Of a stretch of DNA of 64,000 nucleotides, positions 34,310 through 45,852 are shown one piece after another (position 1 is the first letter of the stretch; each line of letters starts with the position of its first letter). The stretch is from Zygnema circumcarinatum SAG 698-1b (lineage: Eukaryota; Plantae; Zygnematophyceae), in assembly GCA_037447605.1 (NCBI GenBank), contig CM074805.1:1769361-1833360 (forward strand), in the 5' to 3' direction. Position numbers and translations under genes: made by a program. Below the pieces are notes generated by a model. It ran no database searches and was not told the DNA's origin. It saw only the letters and a program-made list of their open reading frames with translations.

Positions 34310-36335
34310 TGATCCAAAAAAAACAAAAATGCCGGCCGGGAAATTGCTTTGATGACCCTCCGACACAGACAGGTACGGTTCGGCATATACGCCAAAAGAA
34401 TCCGCCCGGCCATATCAGCCGACTAACTGTACGGCTTGTACCAAGCACCCGTCTGAATCTGCCCACCCCCGTTTGGACCTCCATGACGCAAACACTTGTC
34501 AAACATCGATTAGTCCACGTGGCAAACTCTACTTATTCGTACAGATATTGTCTGTCGTATTTCCTTGACCCGCGAGCTCCATATTGTCGTTTCCGTCCGT
34601 ACATAGTCGTCCGTACAGTAGGACCCCGTCATATTTTCCACCTACATTTGGCAAAAATCGGGCGAAAATATTGTATTTGACAAATATAAGGTCCGTGTTA
34701 CCAATAGGCAAGCGGAATTATGTTAGAGTTCATGTAGGTCCGTACGTATCGTATCGCACCATCTCCTATCGTTTGCTGTCGTATCGCACCGCATCGTACC
34801 GTATCGTATCGTAGCTAACAGCATACAGTACATGAAGCACGCCTTAGCGTTTACTGAGGCAGCAAACCAAAAAGCTTCGAGCCCGTAACGGCTACTACAG
34901 CTCGTACGGCTAGTACGGATAGTACCGTATCGGGGTGTATCGTATCGTATCGAAACCAAGAAGAAGTGGAGGAGCGAGCGCCTCTTACGGCGGCACGTGC
35001 GGGGAGAATAGGTGAGTTTTGCGTAAGCCCGTGACGGCTAGTACAGCTAGTACGGGAAGTACGGTTAGTACGGTTAGTACGAATAGTACGGCTAACACAA
35101 GTTACCGTACAAAAAGGTGGTTTCGGCAAAATCGGGGCGAATTTCTTCGGGACGCACTTTTGATGGTGGAAAATATGACGGGGTCCTACTGTATGGGTCA
35201 CACTCTGAAAAGTACCATACGGTCACTGGGAGTACAGTACCGTCCAGTGCACTGTACGTCCGAGCCCTTGATCTTGGCTCATGCTGTGCAGGGCGCGTCT
35301 GGTTCCTGCTGCAGCCGAGGGAGGGAGGGAGGGAGGGGGTAGGCGGGTATGGAGGGGGAGGGGCTGTGAGGGAAGGAGGGCGGCAGGAGGGGATGCAGGA
35401 GAGGGTGAGGGAGAGGGAGAGAGGGAGAGGGAGAGGGAGAGGGAGAGGGAGAGGAGGGGAGGGGAGGGATGAGCGGAGACCTGCTTCGGAAGGGGTAATG
35501 ACAGCTCGCACTCTTCGCTGGGACCTGCTTGCTGCGGTCAGAGGTTTTGGTCAGGTGTAGAGAGGCATGATATGATAAGGATATTTTGAGCGCCGTGCAT
35601 ATGTGTGTATGTATATACATGATGTGCGGATATTTTTTCTGTTGCATGTTTGTTGGACGTTGGCCGTTTGGGTGGTTGTTAGATGGCCAGCACCCGGTGT
35701 TGTTGTTGGAGGCTGTCCAGTGGTTGAATTCTGGTTGGAAATTCTCCTCCTACAGTGTGATCTGCTTTGCTACTGGATATGTTAATGTTAAAAAATGCAG
35801 TGAGTGGCAAGCGAAAGAAGTAAGACATCGCAAAAGAACTTTTGCAAAAATGTAGGCTGTCCTGATTGTAAGCATGTTTTTTTTAGAATGCAGAAGGAAT
35901 ATGGGTATTTGATTTTAAAACTGATTACGTAGTTTTTTGATCCATGTGCGGAGATAGAAACGAGCTTGGCTGATCCCAATGATGATATTTGTTAAACCTG
36001 AAGGAATGACGAGTTGTCATTCTGCTGCTCACTCTTCCAGTTTTTTGGTTCGTCCTCGTGTTCGTGCTAAAATGCCTTCTATAACGGAAATTGCAGTGGT
36101 AGTACACATGCAGAGTGAACGAAGAACCAGTTTGTTCTTGATTCCAGGAATATCTCTCAATGCTGCAATGCAACAACGTCGCAATTCAACAGCACAAACG
36201 TGCTTTCATGCTGTAATTAATGGTTGCAGATTCGTTAAAATTTTGAAGTTCATGCGGCGCAAGAAGCTGCATTCTTTTGGGGCTCGACTATCCAGAAGAG
36301 CATTCATTTTGAGGGTGTTGCTTGGTGCCGCTTTT
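34310..36335 (+). repeat. About 2.03-kb tandem duplication, copy 2 (continuous with the GT31 gene)
   Basis: Begins immediately after the gap at 34300-34309 with the same sequence as 32272. Confidence 0.92.
34616..35191. mobile_element. Second copy of the Tc1/mariner-type MITE
   Basis: Same 27-bp TIRs and TA TSD; the interior differs from copy 1 by several substitutions and a small indel. Confidence 0.85.
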
Positions 36336-39300
36336 GCTTTCACACTTGTGTTAGTGCCATGGTAAGCTCCACTATCATTAGAGATAAAGGCTTGGCAGAA
36401 ATGTGCGGCAATAGGAGCTTCGTTCGGTGGTTTCTGTATCTTCTGTATGTTGGGCTGATAGAATATGCTCTTTTCGTGCTCGCGTAATGGAAAGCATAGT
36501 CGAATATGAAGGCTACACATTATGAAGTGTTAGTCCAATCCAGTAATCGCAGGGGACGTGATCTTTGCTGCTGTCTGCACTGCAAAGGCCTAATGGGCCT
36601 AATATGCAAAATCTTCTGAGTGCTTTTGAATGTGTTCTTCGATGTAGTACATGCAGACGGACTCAGTACTAGTTGAGTGCTTAGTTGAGCAGTTCATGAG
36701 ATATTAACGTGTCGTAACAGCACAGCTGAACTTTTTTAGGCAACTTCTTGTTCGTTTAAACGTGCAGGCTATGGCGTGCACATGGACTCGAGGATCCCAG
36801 TCAGAAAAGCGACGCTGGAAACTTTAATCCTACAGGTGAGCAACCCCGACTGGAACGTTCATCCATGTGCATATCATTGGTCCTTTGACGATAGTCGCGG
36901 TCCTTACTGGAGGAAGCTATGACATCGTCGTTTGGTGTGCACGCGAATGTAAGCTTTTAGAGCGAGCTTGTGGTTACACTTGCGGCCCATGATCAGCTAC
37001 TTTGGGACTGAGACAGGGGCCACGGACGGTTGGACATGTCATTGTTTGGGTAACGTTATGGTGATTCTGTTTGATGTGGCTGGGTGCTGGGCGGGTTTTT
37101 ATACGAACAGAGTTGAAACGCCGATTTTTCAGTTTCAGCATTTACAATCCACTACAACTGCGAATATTTTTCATTTCCTCTGCCAGCTTTAAGAACGGAA
37201 CTGCCTCACCTCCTCAGCGTGCTCCTGGGAGCAGTGACGAGATTTCGCATGTCGAAACAGCAGTGCCTCAAGATGAAAATTCGAGGCAAGACTTGGCTAC
37301 CACCCTTGGCCACGCAAATAAGACAGTTATTTTTTCTAATGTTACGTCTAAAAGCATGGAGATGAGGAGACAATCTGAAGGAAACGATTCAGCCATAAGC
37401 AAAGTTCAAACACTGTCCAACCAAGGTCAAATGTCGAATCAAAGTAATCATCCCCCCGATCCTGAGCAGCTTCGAATGTGGCTATTTGAGGAGCTCGCTA
37501 AGAGAGGGCGCAGACGGCATTCTCGTGAGGACAAACGGACTAAGTCCTGGCGAGAACGCATGCAATCTAGTGGCCAATATCATCGTTCGTTGTCAGGATT
37601 CAGAGACCTATGGCCTGATCAACATCTACTTGAGATCAAGTGCCAACTTGCAAACAACTCTACATGCAATGTCGTGGAGTTACAGGGGCGAAAGTCAACG
37701 AGAAACGTTGGAGGCAGGAATAAAGTAGAAAGAAAAAATGAAGGAAGCAAACCAGTTGCTCAACCTCCTCCTCCCCCTGATCCGGAGGAAGATGATTATG
37801 AACTGAAAATCCCCTTTGAAAGCGTTCAGGATGAAGTAAGAGGGAGATTTGACCCCAGGACTAGGGAATTTCTGCATCGCAAGTTGAACGATGAAATTCT
37901 TGCAGAAAGGAGACAGCATGGTGGAAGAATAACACGAAGGGTTGAAGAGCTTTTGGACAGAGCCAATTCTGATCTCAGTCTCTCTGAACCTTCACGTATT
38001 TTAAATAAGGAATGGGCAGCACTGGTGACTCGAGCTGTTGACAATGGGGCCCGCATTTGGAAGCTATTTCAAGAAAAGGGCTCTTTTAGAAAGGGTTCTC
38101 CACTTGTGCAAGGCCGGCCGCCAATTCTTTTCATTGGAATCTCCTCCAGTCCCAAACACGTGAGAAGAAGACAGGCTTGTCGCGACACGTGGCTCCAATA
38201 TCCCGATGTGCTCTCTGGACGTGTTATGTTCCGCTTCTTTGTTGGCCTGGTAAGCTAATGTGAATTCCAAACACGTGCTGGCAGCACCTCTTGCTGCGTA
38301 AGTGAACTTATTGCAGGTTTCACTCATTGTCAATAACTTGATCAGCATAGTTGTTGTTGTCAGTCAGGAGCTTGTCGCTGTCAATTTTTTGTAACGCATG
38401 AAGTATATGGATCTGTACGATCGGAATCTAGATCCCTCCCGGTCTGTCTTTCACTCCATTTTTCCCCTACAGAATTACGACCCTTTGGAACTCTTGTTCC
38501 CATCTCTGGACCATCTTCCTGTCTTCTCATTCTCGTTGTCGTTTTATCTCCTTAACTTCAGCACTTCTGCTTTTGCTCCTGCTGCAGTTCTTACGGCAAG
38601 ACAGTGTATCAGGTTTCCTGTGTACTTTTCATGCAGACCACTAGTTTCCAGCTTTATGACTGTCTCTGGTGATGGACTTTCTCGTTCTGGAGTCAGACCA
38701 GTGAAATAGCAGGCAAGCTTCTTTCTCTCACTAACACAGCTATTGGTGCACATCGTGATGGCAAAAAATGGTGTAGCATCGGAATCTCAGCATTGATGAG
38801 GCGTTGTTTGCGGAGAATGAGAGATATGGTGATTTGGAGATTTTGCCCCTCATGGATTCATACTATGTCATCACCTTCAAAACGCTCGCAGTTTCTCGCT
38901 TCGCTGTGAGTATTGAGTTCAGTCACATCGCATAACACACAAATATCGATGCTCTTTTTTAGCACACGGTCGACTGGTGTCAGATATAGAAAATGGAAAC
39001 AAACGAGAGTCGTTGATATCATGGAAGACCCTTGACTGACATATGAAGGTTGGCAATGGCTTCATGTTGAAAGATCACTTTACATGTGTTTAGCATGTCA
39101 CAGGCACAAGCGTATGTTGCAGCTCTTGTGTTTTTTGAGACGTTGCTTATGTGGATCGGCTGCTTGCATACTTTTTGTGTTACTGTAATTTCTTGGGATT
39201 AGGCCAGTGCAAGTTGGACAGTCGTAGTGTTGGAGGGTTCTCTGAACATGTCTTGCATTGACCTTCACGGCCGGCCACTTTCAAACAAACTGTGGCAGCT

Positions 39301-40902
39301 GTTGAAGAACTCATCTTTAGAGGCATAAGCATGTGTTATCTTGTAGTTCATTTGGTGTAGGACGCTTTCAATCATCCCGCTTTCAGATCCATAGTACTGT
39401 CAGGGATCAGATGGTGGACCATGAACCTAGATCACTCTTAGGCTTGAAAAGTGTTTGTGTTGCGAGATCCTATGTCATGCTATATCTTGCTCTATCGGTT
39501 TGTTTGACGTAGACAGTTATTGGAGAGTATGTGCAATCGTAGCAATAGTTGTTCCAGGGGTGACACTGAGTCTGCAGAACTCGCAACTCGGACTGTAGGC
39601 GATCAACGTTTCTGCGACATTTGTTATGAAGACCGATGACGATAGTTTTATCCGCATTGATGAAGTTCTCCACAGACTGCAAACCATAGGCCGCACGAGT
39701 GGACTTCTTTATGGCTCTCTTGTGAAGGGCAGCCGTCCTGCACGTGGCCGTCAAAACAAGTGGTATGTTAGTCGGAAGGTATGTTCTTTTGCCCCAAGTT
39801 CTTCTCCTGTTAACTGCTGGCATATTTAGTGATTATACACTTGTGTCAGCTAATGAATAAGAACGTTACTGCCAGCGGAAATTATTCAGATAGTTTGGCT
39901 GACTGTGTTACCTCAACCATTGTAGGAGTGGCCATTACCAGCGTATCCAATCTGGGCACACGGAGCTGGATACATTTTTACTTCAGACATTGCGAGCTAT
40001 ATCAGAGAAACGCATGACGCTGGCAAGCTCGAGGTAATGTGGACTCAGTGCATGAATGAGGTTCTCCTTTCAGCCAGCTCTGATAGATTGCGGTTGAAAC
40101 CTGAAAGGCACTTCACCGTTTTGTCCCGTTTCACACGAATGCCTAGCCTGCTAGATGTCTAAACCTTGAACTGCCCGCGGGGCACTTGCCTGCTTAATGC
40201 TGTGCATTTAAATCAATCATCGAGCCCTTGGAAGAAAATTGGAGGTTAGGAATCGGTCTTTCAGTAAGATTTGGAGGCACATTCTTTGTCTGGGCAGTTG
40301 GTGGCTGCACGTGCCAGGATTTTGATGTACCTATTAGATTTCAGGAGTGCATTGATTGGTACTCGCTTCCTGTCAATGTGATGCCCTAGCAGCACGTTTT
40401 AAGGAAGGCGGAAGGGGGGGGGGGGAGGGGGGCGCTGAAAGGGAAAGGGAAAGGGAAAGAGTCGAAGGATAGGAGGAGAGAGAGGACAAAGTGACTGCTG
40501 AGGGGGAAAAGGGTAAAAGTTGAGTGAAGAGCTGGATGAGACATCGTGCGGCTCTTTCTGTGGTCGCAGTTTTGCTTTGCTTTTCTTTGCAGCCTCGTCG
40601 GAATGTATTCGTGTTTCCCACTTTTGGGGTTCATGGGTTCTGAACATTGTGTGGCTAAAATCAAAAGTGGTCTGGAGGGGTTGCAGCTCTTCAGACTGGA
40701 GGACATTTCTATGGCAATTTGGATTCTCGCTATGGCGAAGCTGAAGGTCCCCATCACATATGTGCACGATGATCTCTTCGTGTTCGATGGCTGCAGGAAC
40801 GGCTATGTGGTCGCCCATTATCAGCTGCCTGCAGGAATGATCTGCATGTGGAACAACTTGCAAAGTGGAAATGGCACAAAGTGCTGCACCGTCTCGTCGT
40901 AG
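36252..40902 (+). CDS. GT31 beta-1,3-galactosyltransferase of the GALT (Hyp-O-galactosyltransferase-like) clade, lacking the galectin domain
   Basis: Exons 36252-36361 (MRRKK plus TM), 36768-36835, ~37261-38249, 38777-38905, 39599-39778, 39926-40033, 40687-40902. Motifs LFIGISS, RQACRDTW, FRFFVGL, ENERYGDL, MDSYYVITFKT, FVMKTDDDSFIR, YPIWAHGAGYI, LFRLEDISMAIW, AHYQLP..MICMW..L...CC. An upstream in-frame ATG at 35979 is an alternative start. Confidence 0.9.
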
Positions 40903-41359
40903 CTCGCACACGTAATTGTTAATTGGGAGTTCTATGTTCCTGGGCTTTGTACCAATTGGAACTTACGGCGTCAGTTTTTTCTGAGGTTTGCCAAGCAGCC
41001 GGACATGGAAATTCTAGCTTATTAAACGAGGTCAGTTAGGTTTTCATAGCAAGGTTTAAGTTATTGGTTCTTTATTCTTTGCATTGAATAGTCAGATTCT
41101 GCCTACCATTTTTTCGGCTTTAGGGAGACGGTTTGAGAATAGCAGGTTATCTGTATAGACAGAAGCTAAAAGCGTTAGTTTTCTTGACTCCAAATTGCTG
41201 ATGATGCATGGTTGAATTCTCAGTTAACTGACTTCGTGTGACGGCGCTCTCTTGAATTGGCTTTTCAACGGAACAGGTCTGTTTGGGGAACCAGTGTTCC
41301 CCAAACACCTTCCTATGGCTGGCATTGTGATGCATCAGATAGCTGCAAATGCATTATTA

Positions 41360-41545
41360 GGGGGGGTCAGACTTAGCACTTGGCCAAATCAATTTAGTAA
41401 GCCTGTCGGGCGAATTAAGCATTGGCTAGGTACGCATTTCATCACCTGCGGCGGAGCCGCGGATCTCGACCGCATACACGAATTTTGACTTTTAGTATAC
41501 TAAATTCGGTTATTTAGTACGCTCCGGGCTAAGTCTGACCCCTCC
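41360..41545. mobile_element. Small fold-back element, MITE-like (PIF/Harbinger-like G-rich termini)
   Basis: Inverted GGGGTCAGACTTAGC (41363-41377) and GCTAAGTCTGACCCC (41528-41542); internal inverted AATTTAGTA/TACTAAATT. The TSD is not conserved on the right side. Confidence 0.5.
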
Positions 41546-42502
41546 TCTTGATAGAAAAGAGGTAGTGGATTCGGTGGATGGTGGCAAAATTCGACTAGAC
41601 TCCTTTGCTTTGATATCATCGGCGGCTCGGGAATATTTACTCAGATTTAGGGCAAGAGAACAAAAAAAACTTAAAACCTAGTCTTGCAGGTGATTGGTTG
41701 CCCGTTTGTGTGAGGGGTAGATAACAATGTTGGATGTAAAATGTTGGAAATTGTGTGTTCTGTTGACACCGTATTCTTTCTCACTTGGAACACGTTAAAT
41801 GACTACCGACTGATGGCTAACAATGTATATAGGTTGGCAGTGAAGTGATCTCTCTTCTTTAAACATTTGACTGCCTTCTCTCGGTGTCAACACAACTCTA
41901 AAAACATGCGCAATAAGTGTGACAAGTGATTAAAAAACTGCACGAATGACTCAAAAACCGCCATCGAACAGGAGGTGAGAGGAAGCCCAACTTCGAAAGT
42001 GCGTGTTTACACCAAAACATATGTACAGGGCACCTTCCAAATCCGTTTCTGGCGTCAACTTTATTTTCGTGGGCTGAAAACCTCCCAAGAGCCGTGCAGA
42101 GGACGATGAATGCCTGCTGCCGCTGGAGCCACTTTTGGACGCTCCTCAAAAGATTATTGTTATCAGTTCCATCGCGCATCGCCCGTATTTCCTTCTTTTG
42201 CTGCATACTACTTTGAACTTCAAAGTTTTCCAATCCTGAATAATGTCTACAAAAAAGGGTTCGGCTTGCTGTGCAGACAAGCCTGGCTTGCCAAGGGATA
42301 TCTGTAAGTCAACAGATACATAGTTTATACTCTGAAGGTCAGCGTTCCAATTGCTGTTATGCGCTGAGAAAGTCGAGATGTCTGCTCTCCCACTTTATCT
42401 GCAAGCTCCTTCAGCAAAGAGGGTGGTCCCACCGTGGCTGGCGTCTCCTTCACGAAGCAGGTTTAGCCGCAGTCAAAAAAGCGCCGCATGTTGCAGTCGG
42501 CG

Positions 42503-44329
42503 TTATCTGGATGCAGTATTAGAGCGCTTGCGGCGTCCAGCGATTAGGTCTTTGGGAGCTATACTTAAAGTCTTCGGCCAGTTTGGAGGTAGAAACTGAG
42601 CAATATCACAATCAGTTCTCAAGATCCCGCTGCATTCATAAGCTTGAAGAGGATCTTTTCCAACAGGACTTTGAATGCTCGAAATGGCTTGTGGAATTCT
42701 GCATGGAGGTGAGGGAACAGAGCCGACCAAATGAAGCAGCTTAGTGAAAGGATGGATTTACTCAGTCTGGCGGAACATTGACTCCACAGTAAACAGAATC
42801 TGCTTTCCGGTTTCAGAGAACAAGAAGGAGAGAACTAACCTTGTTTGTCTGTGGTCACGGGCATATGCCTGTCCAACCGTTCCTTGTGCAGCCGCAGAAA
42901 CCTCCAGGTGCAACAGCTCTACTTGAAAAAGCATTTCTCCAAGATAGGCTTCTTCTGGTCTCAGTTTGAGACGCATGTGAAGATCGTTTCCGAGCTTCAA
43001 TTCGTACAGATCCACGCCGCTAATGCTGCCACTGCTATGGCTCGCAGCTTCCAGCCATTTAATTTCTATCTTTCGTTCCTTGAATTTCACAACAGCGCCG
43101 GGTGCATCCAGACGCATTTCATCTCCACTCACTAGGAAGGAAGCCATGGAGCCACTGTCATATTGCCAACTTGCTACCTCCCGGGCAGTTACCGTCACTG
43201 TCTCTGTGCCCCATAGAATGCCAATCTCTCGAATCCAGGCAAGCGCACTCGATGCGCTGATGCTCTCTTGGTACAAGAAATTCAAATGCAGGCGGGAATC
43301 ACTGATAGCACACACATGTTTTCCAGGAGAGAGGCCTGGCAAGGAAGCAACACGGCAACGCGTCGGTGAGGAGGTGCTTTTCTGGAAGCTTTACTAAGGT
43401 ATAAACTGGCACATGAAGGGAAGGGAGAAGGAGAGCGAGAACATTGGGGAAAACAAGGCGAAAATGGAAAGTTCATTCCACTTACCGAGATTTTTTGGTT
43501 CTGCCCTGCTTCGCTTTGCTGAGAGAAGTTGGCTGCTTACGTTGTGAACCCCTCCAGACCTCCAGTTGGAAGAACCAGTCGATCCTTTCTTGAAGGATTT
43601 TTCACCGCTGCACGCAGTGCTGTCAAACAGATAACACGCTGTTCACAGCAAAGCACAGCCGATCTTCCCATCAGCACCAAGTTATGTGAATAAAGTGTGG
43701 ACCCAAATGCAGTGGCTGGACTGACTGATGGAGTTCGGGAGGGATTGTTTTGCCTTCACTGGAAATAGCTACTGGATTTTTGGTTCAGTATTAGGATCAT
43801 AGCAACCGCTGCATTGAAATAGGTGTCAGTAAGTCGTCCTTGTGGTCCAAAGCAACCTACTTGGAGCATTCGATACAGCGCCGTGAGCTCCAACAGAAGG
43901 AAGGAGGCCATCATACGACCAAAAGTAGCAAGGCTCGGTGCTGCCAGAATACGCCTCCAGTGAAAGCGTTCCGAGAGGAGCGTTGACGAACTGCGGCCAC
44001 GCCTCGCAGAGTGCGCGACATTGCTCGGGATCTGAGGGAAAGCTTCCGGGGAATCCATGGCTGTTTGATGAATACGCATACAGTAGGCTTGAAGGGCAGT
44101 TCTGGAGGCGACCTGCATTCGATACGCCGCCAGGGACTCCCAGCGGCGATGTTTGCCACTCGGGCGAGGAGAGAGGGCATCGGCTGTCACCGGAGCCGAG
44201 TGAGACGAGAGAGGAGCAGCGCTGAGGGAGAGAGCGTGCTGTTATAGGAGCTGTAATTATAAGGAGCGAGAAAAATGTGTGCAGGTGTGAAGCCCGAGGA
44301 GACAAACACCGTGTCGAGGAACCAGCCAT
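42503..44329 (-). CDS. Secreted Root-cap-domain (LEA-related/vWD-like) protein with a Cys-containing N-terminal module; possibly pseudogenised
   Basis: Signal peptide MAGSS..FFSLLIITAPITA (exon 44329-~43860). Core exon ~43333-42838: PGKHVCAISDSRLHLN, WIREIGILWG, LKLRPE, GTVGQAY. Last exon ~42700-42503: YECSGILRTDC...F. The GDPHF.GADG segment appears only in broken frames at 43667-43715. Confidence 0.7.
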
Positions 44330-44406
44330 GAGAAGAAAACGAAGCGTGCTGTGCTGATATTCTCAAGCTGCAATTTTCCTCTTTTTGGAGTATGGTGGGC
44401 GGCAGA

Positions 44407-44460
44407 AGAGAGGAGAGGAGAGGAGAGGAGAGGAGAGGAGAGGAGAGGAGAGGAGAGGAG
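44407..44460 (+). repeat. (AGAGG)n pentamer microsatellite in the 5' region of the Root-cap gene
   Basis: About ten tandem AGAGG units. Confidence 0.9.
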
Positions 44461-44560
44461 ATGTTGGGGAGGAGAGGGAAAGGAGATAGGGGAGCGGGAG
44501 CAGGGCCGTCGGGAAGGGACCAGAGGGAAGAGTGGTTGCAGTCGCCCAACTGTCGGAAAT

Positions 44561-44777
44561 AACGGAAATTAACGGTTACCCGCCGCCTCGCACAAAGCGA
44601 GCCGAATCGCATGTACGGACGCGAGGCTCGGGTCATGCCGTACCATACGGATGGAAAATGACTGTAATCGTACGAACAAGAGACAACGGACCGTTAAAGC
44701 GGTTGGAGCGACAATAACGGTCCGCGCGCGATGGGCAGTGCGCGAACGGTCGGGTCCCGGAGCGATTGCAGGCCGTT
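44561..44777. promoter_or_regulatory. Cluster of seven AACGG/CCGTT (MSA-core, MYB-type) motifs upstream of the Root-cap gene
   Basis: AACGG at 44561, 44571, 44685, 44716 and 44745; CCGTT at 44691 and 44773. Confidence 0.4.
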
Positions 44778-45276
44778 TTGGTCGGTTGCTGCCCTGCCGC
44801 CGCCGGGTGGTTGGTGGTTTGTTCGGAGAGAGAATTGGCAGGGGGGATCTCACGATGGCGAAATGTACCAAAAAAAAAAAAGTGCATTGCATGGAGAGAG
44901 GCAAAATGTGTTCTATTGCATTGGCTTATTCGAGCACATTGCACAATTTTTAATGTTTTCATACATTTTAGGGTTAAGCTTTTAAGTTAGTACATTGTAC
45001 AAGTATCATTAGCGTCATTTCTAACAAATTACCTCTATTTTATTAATCCTTCCCTTGTCGTAAATTGAGCATCATTCACGTGACTATTTCATATTCACCC
45101 TCCAAATTGTACTGCATGGATAAGTCATAATTTGTAACTGTTGACAACCCCAAAAAGAAAGATTTTAGATTACTGTTGTGATAAATGGATTGTGAATGCT
45201 CAAGTCTTTCATGTTCACAAACCATCCAACAGTTTACTATGAATTCATGGTCCTCTGTGTGACATGTGACGCTTCC

Positions 45277-45365
45277 TTCTAGGGTTTAAGGTTTAAGATT
45301 CGAATTTTTGTTTTTAGGATTCAAGGTCCAGTTAGGGTTTCGATTTAGGGTTTACGTTTAGGGTG
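45277..45365 (+). repeat. Short degenerate TTTAGGG telomere-like patch
   Basis: CTAGGGTTTAAGGTTTAAG ... TTAGGGTTTCGATTTAGGGTTTACGTTTAGGG. Confidence 0.7.
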
Positions 45366-45592
45366 CACGCCTCATGCTATGGAATTTACGCTTCAAGAAT
45401 AGGGGTTTTGGATCATAGATTTCTTTGCCATCCCGAGAATATTAAACATATTCAATTTACACCACACCTTTGTATGCGTTAACACCGAGAAGCAAACAAT
45501 ATATTATCTTTATGGCATTCGTTTTTTCGTTTTCCCACAATAAATTTCGTACTTCCCACAATTAATTTCGTATTTTCTATCCCTGTTGAGGG

Positions 45593-45785
45593 TAGGTTGC
45601 GCCGTTCTCAGCTTTAGTGCAATACTAAGCCGACGCCGGGGGGTCCGACCAGCAAGCTGGTCTTTGAACCCTCCACCCTGAAAAATTAGGTTAATATCAT
45701 GTGGTCCGATGGACCACGTATCAGATATTAAACTGATAAGAACAGATACTACACTTGATCTTAGCCAAAAGGCCGAGAAAGGTAT
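45593..45785 (-). ncRNA. U2: U2 spliceosomal snRNA
   Basis: Minus strand reads AUACCUUUCUCGGCCUUUUGGCUAAGAUCAAGUGUAGUAUCUGUUCUUAUCAGUUUAAUAUCUGAU, with the branch-pairing GUAGUA, Sm-like AAUUUUUCAG and loop IV AUUGCAC. The 3' end is approximate. Confidence 0.97.
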
Positions 45786-45804
45786 ACTTCAATATCAGCT
45801 CTCA

Positions 45805-45852
45805 TTATACTTTATTGCAGGTATTCGAATATGTGCTTGCAACTATGTGGGA
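45805..45852 (-). promoter_or_regulatory. Plant-type snRNA promoter of U2: USE plus TATA
   Basis: TCCCACATAG (USE consensus RTCCCACATCG) at 45852-45843 and TATAA at 45809-45805; the 33-nt spacing matches plant Pol II snRNA genes. Confidence 0.75.
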
